Part shown: piece by piece, positions 19,493 through 26,566 of the stretch
Position numbering within the stretch: position 1 is the first letter of the stretch
How the letters are laid out: each line of letters begins with the position of its first letter
NCBI GenBank assembly: GCA_900553785.1
Contig: USES01000004.1
Location: 1 to 63,877, forward strand
DNA: 63,877 bases
Source: an uncultured Clostridium sp.
Lineage (GTDB): Bacteria; Bacillota; Clostridia; TANB77; CAG-465
Reading direction: 5' to 3'
The notes under the pieces: model-generated
What the model saw: the letters and a program-made list of their open reading frames with translations, nothing else
The model's database searches: none
Told to the model about the DNA's origin: nothing
Made by a program: the position numbers and the translations under genes

Positions 19493-20044
19493 ATGAATTG
19501 TGTAATTGTTATAGCGGCAATATTGGTGGTATGCCTAGTGTATCTTGTAGTTGTGTATAATAAACTAATAAAACTTAACAACTCAGTAAGTGAAAGTTTT
19601 GCAACTATGGATGTTTATTTGAAAAAAAGGTGGGATTTAATACCCAATTTAGTTGAGATTGTAAAAGGTTATGTAAAGCATGAAAAGGAAACATTTGAGG
19701 AAATTACAAAATTAAGAAGCGAAAATTATGAGTCTTTATCTACTGATGATAAAATCAAAACAAATGAACAACTAAACAGGAACGTTATTAGGATTATGGC
19801 TTTAGCAGAAGCTTATCCAGAATTAAAATCAAATGAGAGTTTTTTGCAGTTAAGTGGTAATCTTACTTTGGTAGAGGATGAAATTGCTCAATCAAGAAAA
19901 TACTATAATGCTGTTGTAAGAGATTATAACAACAAAGTTGAAATGATACCAAGTAATATTGTAGCTAAAGTATTAGGTTATAAATCAAAATTAATGTTTG
20001 CCGCAAATGTTGAAGAAAGAGAAAATATAAAGGTGAAATTGTAA
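19493..20044 (+). CDS. lemA: LemA family protein
   Basis: N-terminal TM and the YNKLIKL...YPELKSNE...YYN pattern of LemA. Confidence 0.85.
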   Translation: MNCVIVIAAILVVCLVYLVVVYNKLIKLNNSVSESFATMDVYLKKRWDLIPNLVEIVKGYVKHEKETFEEITKLRSENYESLSTDDKIKTNEQLNRNVIRIMALAEAYPELKSNESFLQLSGNLTLVEDEIAQSRKYYNAVVRDYNNKVEMIPSNIVAKVLGYKSKLMFAANVEERENIKVKL

Positions 20045-22161
20045 TGGCAGGAAGAAGTAAAGGACAAGGGTGTTTAAATTTTCTTTTAAGATTTTCTTTT
20101 TTCGGATATGTTGCTGCTATGATTTTGGGGGCGTTAATTACTGGGGTAACTGCTCTATTTAGTGATGATACAAAGAATTTAAAGCTTGCAGATGGTTTTA
20201 CTATATCGTCATATAATGTAATACTAGATGTTAAAGTAGATAATAAAATTGATGTTACAGAAAATATAACAGTTAATTGGGAATCTAGTAATCATCATGG
20301 AATTTATAAATTTATTCCAGAATGGTTACAATATACTGATAAAAATGGTAATACGATTAGAAGAAAGTCAGTTATTTCCAATTTAAGGTCAACAAGCGAT
20401 CCTTATTCGACAGATTGGGTTAAGAAAAAAGCTAGAATAAAAATTGGTAGTGCTTCTGAATATGTAAATTTAGGAGAAAGGACATATATCATAGAATACA
20501 CTTATGATATGGGTAAGGACCCGTTTAGAAATTTTGATGAATTTATTTTTCATGCGTTTGGCGATTATTGGGGTACCCAAATTAATAACGCTACTGTACA
20601 GATAAATATGCCTAAAAGTATAAGTGGTTATAATGTTAACTTCTTTACTGATAAGAAAAGAAAAGAAAATGTTTCCGACTATGTTGATTATGAAATTGTA
20701 GGTAATACGTTGTATGCTAAGTTTAACCAAGATAAATATGCGCAAACTCAAAGAAAAAATGGTTACAATGATAAAAAACTTGAAAAATCTTTAACAGTTG
20801 ATATAGAACTTCCAGAAGGATATTTTGTAGGTGGAAGTTGGAATTATGGTTGGGGCTCATTTACAATTGCATTAGTAATTTTGGGAATTACAGCTTATAC
20901 AATATTTAAGTGGAAAAAGTATGGAAAAGATTATTTAAAACCTGCCCAAACAGTAGAGTTTTATCCACCAGAAAATATGAGTGCTGCAGAGGTTGGATAT
21001 ATTTATGGAAAACAAACAAGCAAAAAATTAACCATTTCTTTGATAGTACAACTTGCCAGCAAGGGATATATAAAGATAGATGAAGTGAAAGATAAGAAAA
21101 AAGAGATACAAATAACCAACTTAGCACCAACAAAGCCAAGAGAAGTAGAATCCTTTGATACAACACCTGGAAAAAGAAAAATAGAGATTAAAAAACTTAA
21201 GGATATAGATGATCATTTAGCCAAGAACGAAGTTACAATGATGAAGTATTTGTTTAAAGAAGAGAATACAAAGTTATTAGAAACTAATTTTGTAAAATTT
21301 GATGCTGTAAAAGATAACTTAGTCTCAGGAGGATATATAGAAATATTAAACGACAATGAATCAACTAGATTATCCGATGTAGACACTAGAAAACAAGAAT
21401 ATGTTGAAAAATTAAAACAATATGAAAAAGATTTATTAGAATATAACAAAGAAATCGTTAAAATGCCTCCATTAACAGAACTTGAATCAATTGTGTATAA
21501 CAGATTATTTAAATACGAATCTACCTTTATATTGAGTGAACACAAGACATTTTATAGGGCTTTTAGTGATGTTGAAGAAAGATTGAAATCAAAACTAAAT
21601 GATGTTATTCATGATAAAATTGCCACAAAAAAGATGAAATCATCGATATTTGTTACTATCCTAGTTGCCATTTTAAGTGTTATATCTTATGTGTTTGTAA
21701 AAGACTTGGATCCAAGTTGGAAAATATTATATACTGCATCTTTCTTATGTATTATAGTAAATATGTTCTTTACTATATTTATGAAAAGGAAAACAGAATA
21801 TGGAGAAAAAATTACTGCTCAAATACAAGGATTTAGAAACTTTTTAATAACTGCAGAAAAACCAAGATTAGAAGCATTAGTAGCTGAGAATCCAAATTAT
21901 TTTTATAATATTTTGCCTTATACGTATGCTCTTAATGTTTCAAAAAAATGGATAAAGAAATTTGAGAATATTCCAACACCAGATATGGATATGGGTAATT
22001 TCGATTATAGTAGCGATTGGGCATATCACAATTTATACAATAATGTTTACTATCCAGAACCGGTTTATTCTTCAAGTGGCTCGAGCTGTTCATCTTGTGG
22101 CGGCGGTTGCTCGTCTTGTGGAGGAGGCTGTTCATCTTGTGGCGGCGGTGGATCATGGTAA
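20044..22161 (+). CDS. DUF2207-family membrane protein with a C-terminal (CSSCGGG)x3-GSW tail
   Basis: Start overlaps the lemA stop. Large N-terminal ectodomain and central/C-terminal TM helices. The LemA partner is typical of DUF2207. Confidence 0.8.
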   Translation: MAGRSKGQGCLNFLLRFSFFGYVAAMILGALITGVTALFSDDTKNLKLADGFTISSYNVILDVKVDNKIDVTENITVNWESSNHHGIYKFIPEWLQYTDKNGNTIRRKSVISNLRSTSDPYSTDWVKKKARIKIGSASEYVNLGERTYIIEYTYDMGKDPFRNFDEFIFHAFGDYWGTQINNATVQINMPKSISGYNVNFFTDKKRKENVSDYVDYEIVGNTLYAKFNQDKYAQTQRKNGYNDKKLEKSLTVDIELPEGYFVGGSWNYGWGSFTIALVILGITAYTIFKWKKYGKDYLKPAQTVEFYPPENMSAAEVGYIYGKQTSKKLTISLIVQLASKGYIKIDEVKDKKKEIQITNLAPTKPREVESFDTTPGKRKIEIKKLKDIDDHLAKNEVTMMKYLFKEENTKLLETNFVKFDAVKDNLVSGGYIEILNDNESTRLSDVDTRKQEYVEKLKQYEKDLLEYNKEIVKMPPLTELESIVYNRLFKYESTFILSEHKTFYRAFSDVEERLKSKLNDVIHDKIATKKMKSSIFVTILVAILSVISYVFVKDLDPSWKILYTASFLCIIVNMFFTIFMKRKTEYGEKITAQIQGFRNFLITAEKPRLEALVAENPNYFYNILPYTYALNVSKKWIKKFENIPTPDMDMGNFDYSSDWAYHNLYNNVYYPEPVYSSSGSSCSSCGGGCSSCGGGCSSCGGGGSW
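22087..22149 (+). repeat. Three tandem 21-nt units each encoding CSSCGGG
   Basis: Units 1 and 3 are identical in nucleotide sequence. Unit 2 differs at 6 positions, all synonymous. Confidence 0.9.
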
Positions 22162-23147
22162 AAAGATTTGTATTACAGTGGCACCTGAGTGAAAATTGTA
22201 ATTTAAAATGTTTACACTGCTATCAAGAAAATCATAAGCCAGTTCAGTTAAGTTATGAGAATCTAGTGGTTATATATAATCAATTTAAAGAATTACTAAC
22301 TAAATTAAACATGAAGGGACATATAAATATTACTGGCGGAGAACCATTATGCAATCCATATTTATTTAATATTCTAGATTTAATAAAAAAAGATGAGAAA
22401 ATGATTAGTTTCTCAATATTAACAAATGGAACATTGATAAATGAAGATATTGCAAGAAAGATAAAGTCGTATAATCCATACTACGTTCAAGTAAGTCTTG
22501 AAGGTGGTAAAAAAATGAATGATTATATTAGAGGTGCAGGCACTTATGAAAAAATAGGTAGAGGAATAGATAATTTAAAAAAGTATGATATATTTACTTC
22601 TATTTCTTTTACTGCTACTTCTATCAATTATAAGGAATTCCCGAAGGTAGTAAAATATGCTGTTAAACATAAAGTAGATAATGTTTGGTCAGATCGTTAT
22701 ATACCATTAGGAGGTAATGAAGATAAAAGTTTAGCTTTAAATTTAGAACAGACTCAAGAATACTTAAATATAATGAGTAAGGAAAGAGAAAAATTAAGAA
22801 ATAAAAAATACAATAAAACATCTATTTCAATGTATAGAGCATTACAATTTCAAAAGACAAATGATTTTGCATATGGTTGTACTGCTGGTGATACCCTTTT
22901 AACTGTGATGGAAAACGGGGATTTAGTTCCTTGCAGAAGAATGCCAATTGTGGTAGGAAATTTATTAACTGAAAATATGTATGATTTATATGTTAATAAT
23001 TCTGTGCTTAAAGAACTTAGAAAACAAAAAATACCAGATGATTGTGCTGAGTGTGAACATTCAGAAATGTGTCATGGTGGTTTAAAGTGTCTTACCTATG
23101 CGTTATATAAGGATTTGAACCATAAGGATGTAGGATGTAAATTGTAG
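22155..23147 (+). CDS. Radical SAM enzyme with a C-terminal SPASM-type Cys cluster
   Basis: CNLKCLHC (CxxxCxxC) near the N-terminus. C-terminal CTAG...PCRR...CAECEHSEMCHGGLKC. ATG 22155 overlaps the DUF2207 stop (ATGGTAA). The upstream extension in the track is the Gly/Cys repeat read in another frame. Confidence 0.85.
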   Translation: MVKRFVLQWHLSENCNLKCLHCYQENHKPVQLSYENLVVIYNQFKELLTKLNMKGHINITGGEPLCNPYLFNILDLIKKDEKMISFSILTNGTLINEDIARKIKSYNPYYVQVSLEGGKKMNDYIRGAGTYEKIGRGIDNLKKYDIFTSISFTATSINYKEFPKVVKYAVKHKVDNVWSDRYIPLGGNEDKSLALNLEQTQEYLNIMSKEREKLRNKKYNKTSISMYRALQFQKTNDFAYGCTAGDTLLTVMENGDLVPCRRMPIVVGNLLTENMYDLYVNNSVLKELRKQKIPDDCAECEHSEMCHGGLKCLTYALYKDLNHKDVGCKL

Positions 23148-23245
23148 AAAAGATTAAAAAAGATAAGATAAATGTAGATACAAATGTGTTTATATTTATC
23201 TTTTTTTATATTAAATTTTTAAGTTAGCTAACATAAAAAGCGAAT

Positions 23246-23300
23246 TTAAATAATATCTTAAAATATACTTGAAAAGTAAAAAAACTTAGTGTAGAATTTT
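23246..23300 (+). repeat. 55-nt promoter module, copy B (upstream of pilin-like paralog 2)
   Basis: 51/55 identity to copy A. TTGAAA 23269-23274 and TAGAAT 23292-23297. Confidence 0.85.
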
Positions 23301-23405
23301 AGAAAATAAAGGAGAGATATGTCGGGTTGTTATAATTATAAGGAATAATATAACAAATATTTACGCATACTTTATTTAAAACAAATGATTAGGAGGAAAA
23401 TTAAA

Positions 23406-24602
23406 ATGAAAAACAAAAGCGCAATATCACTTATTGTACTTGTAATAACAATAATTGTAATGGCAATACTAGCCGCAACAGTAATCATAACATTGTCTAA
23501 TACAAATATAATAAATGAAGCGCAAAAAGCAAAAGATGCGACAAATCAAGCATCAGAAAAAGAGGTGTTATCTGTAGCGCTAGCAGAGTGGAAGGTAGTA
23601 GAAACAAAAGGAACAAAAACATTTAAAGAATTTATGCAGGAAAAATTTGGACAAGAGAAAGTAGCAGAGACAAATGAAACTGAAGTTACAGTAACTATGG
23701 AAAGTGGAAACAAGTATAATGTAACAAAAGATGGAAAGACGACAAAAATGGAAAAGGCAAGTAAAGGGATATTTGTAGAATATGCAGTATCATATACAGA
23801 TATGTTGAATAGTAATAATAAATATACAACGACAAATGGTTGGAGATTATTAGATTATACAGATAACGGAGATGGAACATATTCAAATGTAAAGCTAATT
23901 AGTACAGGAGTACCAGCAATGTTGAGTTATGAAACTCAAGACACAACAAACAATAGTTGGTTTGTAACAGATGACTCAAAGCTAACAGAGTTCAAGAATG
24001 TACTGGGTAGTGGATATACATTATACACAGGTACAGGTACATATACTGCATTACAAGCAGCCGCAGGACTGTATTATAACTTTGGAGATGTAAAGTTTGG
24101 TTATGGAGCAAGAAGCAGAGGGAAAAATTTAGGAAATTTCACAGAAATAACGAATAACGGAACAATGTATAACAGCGAGAATACAGAAGAAATAACGGGC
24201 GATAAACTATTTATACCAACGGGTGTAAGTGCAAGTGTAAGACTACTAACATTGCCAGAAATGAATAAATTGCTGGGAAGAACTGATATGGATAGTACAT
24301 CTTCAGTGGAGGATACAACAGGTATATTTGAGTTAGAAAATATAAAAGATTTACCTGAAATGAGTTCGTTCACTTATGGTGGAATTGAATATAGTATGAA
24401 TCTTGGTCAAACAACGTTATTATCTTCTCCGTATCCTTTGGATGATATGACGTTCTTCTTGGTTGGTTTGGATGAGTATGGAGGAATAAGTTATTGTTCT
24501 AATACGAGCAATAATGGTGGTGTTCGTCCGTTAATCACTCTTTTATCTGACGTCCAATTTACAGATACAAATGGAGATGGCGTGTTAGAATTAGTTTTGT
24601 AA
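23406..24602 (+). CDS. Pilin-like N-terminal anchor protein, paralog 2
   Basis: Start at ATG 23406 behind AGGAGG. MKNKSA-ISLIVLVITIIVMAILAA N-terminus. C-terminus ends ..NGGVRPLITL. Confidence 0.8.
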   Translation: MKNKSAISLIVLVITIIVMAILAATVIITLSNTNIINEAQKAKDATNQASEKEVLSVALAEWKVVETKGTKTFKEFMQEKFGQEKVAETNETEVTVTMESGNKYNVTKDGKTTKMEKASKGIFVEYAVSYTDMLNSNNKYTTTNGWRLLDYTDNGDGTYSNVKLISTGVPAMLSYETQDTTNNSWFVTDDSKLTEFKNVLGSGYTLYTGTGTYTALQAAAGLYYNFGDVKFGYGARSRGKNLGNFTEITNNGTMYNSENTEEITGDKLFIPTGVSASVRLLTLPEMNKLLGRTDMDSTSSVEDTTGIFELENIKDLPEMSSFTYGGIEYSMNLGQTTLLSSPYPLDDMTFFLVGLDEYGGISYCSNTSNNGGVRPLITLLSDVQFTDTNGDGVLELVL

Positions 24603-24667
24603 GATTAATGAAACGTGTCAAGTTTATTTAAATAATATAAAAGTTACTTTATTTAATTAGAAGCATG

Positions 24668-24676
24668 TGATATAAT
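24668..24676 (+). promoter_or_regulatory. Extended -10 element TGATATAAT
   Basis: TGn-TATAAT read directly, 22 nt upstream of the palindrome. Confidence 0.5.
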
Positions 24677-24698
24677 TGTATCAGTTCAATGGTGAAGC

Positions 24699-24716
24699 AT
24701 TTAATAATTATTAAAT
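24699..24716 (+). promoter_or_regulatory. Perfect 18-bp palindrome ATTTAATAATTATTAAAT abutting the SD
   Basis: Read directly. GAAGGAGG follows 1 nt later. Confidence 0.7.
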
Positions 24717-24733
24717 GAAGGAGGAAGCGGTAT

Positions 24734-25159
24734 ATGAAGTACAACGTGGCAATGGTTAGCGTGTTTGACGTTTTAGACGTAGGGGTCATTGAATGTAAAA
24801 GAATAGTATCGATACCATGGATTTTAAGACTCAAAAGCGTTGATGAGATTGCACGCAGATTGTTTACTCAGCAACAAAAAGTGTTGGCGGTAAAGTTTTT
24901 AAAGATTGAAACTGAGGTTGAGACTAGTTTTTCTGAATTTGTTTTGTTAAGAAGAGAAATCGTAGTAGAAGAAGAATCCAGCTGGTACATAAACCCTAAA
25001 TATGATATGCTCAAAATCGGAAATATTCATTCACTTGCCGAACCTTCAATACTCCTTCGAGGTGATTTGAAACGAGCGAAGTATCGACTCGATTATTATG
25101 TTGATTTACGGTCTATGGGCTACAGCGAAGAAGAAGCAATAAGTACTATCTACAGTTAG
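24734..25159 (+). CDS. Hypothetical protein (141 aa), no recognisable family
   Basis: Strong SD. Codon usage richer in G/C and CpG than flanking genes. Confidence 0.65.
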   Translation: MKYNVAMVSVFDVLDVGVIECKRIVSIPWILRLKSVDEIARRLFTQQQKVLAVKFLKIETEVETSFSEFVLLRREIVVEEESSWYINPKYDMLKIGNIHSLAEPSILLRGDLKRAKYRLDYYVDLRSMGYSEEEAISTIYS

Positions 25160-25170
25160 GGGGCAATATA

Positions 25171-25572
25171 ATGCAAACTTGGTCTGTAACTGCTACAGTA
25201 AAACAGCTAAGAGACTTTGTAAAATTTGAAGCAGAAAGATTGGAATCTAGTCCTTTGAACATGAGAAGGGCTAGACAGCTAGATGATGCAGTGCATTTTC
25301 TTAGGACTTTGAATCTTCCTCAATATAGAGGAACTGAAAAGGTTGCACAGCTTAAGAAAAAGCTTGCAGATAATCGGCAAAAACTAAAAGAAATATACAA
25401 AAGTGGAGATGCGTTTTTTCCTGGGTATCAATTGAGTATATTTGATACTTATGTTGATATTGATGATAGGGTAAAAGAAGAGCTAAAATTCCAACGGGAG
25501 ATGCTTGATCAAGAGATAAAGTGGTTGCATAAGTGCTTGGGTATTTGCCATAATAAGGAATATTTTAGATGA
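25171..25572 (+). CDS. Hypothetical, predicted helical/coiled-coil protein (133 aa)
   Basis: GGGGG SD 11 nt after the upstream stop. Same atypical composition. Confidence 0.65.
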   Translation: MQTWSVTATVKQLRDFVKFEAERLESSPLNMRRARQLDDAVHFLRTLNLPQYRGTEKVAQLKKKLADNRQKLKEIYKSGDAFFPGYQLSIFDTYVDIDDRVKEELKFQREMLDQEIKWLHKCLGICHNKEYFR

Positions 25573-25577
25573 ATTTT

Positions 25578-25616
25578 GAAAATGGGGGAATAAATTCCCT
25601 CATTTTCTTGTTTTTT
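25578..25616 (+). terminator. Terminator of the two-ORF cassette
   Basis: ATGGGGG / CCCTCAT stem followed by a T-rich tract. Confidence 0.6.
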
Positions 25617-25673
25617 GTTGATTGGTATAATATAATAAACGTGTAATATTTTAACAAAAGGGGTATAGTTAAA

Positions 25674-26555
25674 ATGAGAAAATTTAGACTAATATATAAT
25701 TCTGGTGCTGGTCAAAACAAATTTAAACCATTTGTTGATGATGTAATTGGCGTACTTTGTGATAATGATTGCGAAGTTACCGTATTTCGTGCAAGTAAGG
25801 GACATAATGTAGATGAATTTATTATAAACACACCTAAAGATACAGATGGTATTATTGTTGCTGGAGGGGACGGCACTTTAAATAGAGTTGTAAATATAAT
25901 GATGAAGAATAATATTAAAGTACCACTTGGAATAATACCTGCTGGGACGTCAAATGACTTTGCTACACACTTAAAGATTTCTACAGATTTTGTAGAGTGC
26001 GCAAAAAAAATATTAGATGGTGAACCACAATATGTGGACATTGGTAGAGTCAACGATAAATACTTTGTAAATGTGCTGTCTGCTGGATTATTTGCAAGTA
26101 CATCGTATAAAACAGATAAAAGGTTAAAAGAGAAATTTGGACAGCTGTCATATTTTATGACTGCTGCAACTCAAACATTTCAATATGAACCACTTAGACT
26201 TAAGATTGAAACAGAAGATGCGGTATATGATGAAAAAGCAGCAGTTTTTGTAATTTTTAATGGTAGTAGTGTTGGTAGAATAGATAAATTTTCTGATAAT
26301 TCTAGTGTTCAAGATGGAAAACTTGATTTGGTATTGTTGAGAGATTGTAAGCTAAATGAAATTGTAAAAATTGTAGGTGAGATTTTAGATAGAACATATC
26401 TTGAGAATCCAAATGTTATATACATGAGAGAGAACAGATATAAAATTAGCTTGATAGATGGAAAGTGCGATAATCCTGATACGGATGGAGACATTGGACC
26501 TGGATTCCCGCTTGACGTTGAATGTATAGAAAATGGAATTAAAATATTTATGTAG
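25674..26555 (+). CDS. Diacylglycerol/lipid kinase family protein (YegS/DagK-like)
   Basis: GGDGTLN motif and ~290 aa architecture. Confidence 0.85.
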   Translation: MRKFRLIYNSGAGQNKFKPFVDDVIGVLCDNDCEVTVFRASKGHNVDEFIINTPKDTDGIIVAGGDGTLNRVVNIMMKNNIKVPLGIIPAGTSNDFATHLKISTDFVECAKKILDGEPQYVDIGRVNDKYFVNVLSAGLFASTSYKTDKRLKEKFGQLSYFMTAATQTFQYEPLRLKIETEDAVYDEKAAVFVIFNGSSVGRIDKFSDNSSVQDGKLDLVLLRDCKLNEIVKIVGEILDRTYLENPNVIYMRENRYKISLIDGKCDNPDTDGDIGPGFPLDVECIENGIKIFM

Positions 26556-26566
26556 AGGGGATTAAA

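Noticed and set aside
19339-19581. 80-aa minus-strand ORF
   Set aside because: It spans the divergent promoter region and the 5' end of lemA, with no SD or recognisable motif.
21962-22192. ORF 21962..22192 and the MWRRLLVLWRR N-terminal extension of ORF 22095
   Set aside because: Both are alternative-frame readings of the G/C-rich CSSCGGG repeat. The rSAM gene has a proper ATG at 22155 overlapping the upstream stop.
26556-26566. Looked for a T-box leader upstream of leuS
   Set aside because: Only 11 nt separate leuS from the upstream kinase gene, leaving no room for a T-box. leuS appears to be co-transcribed.
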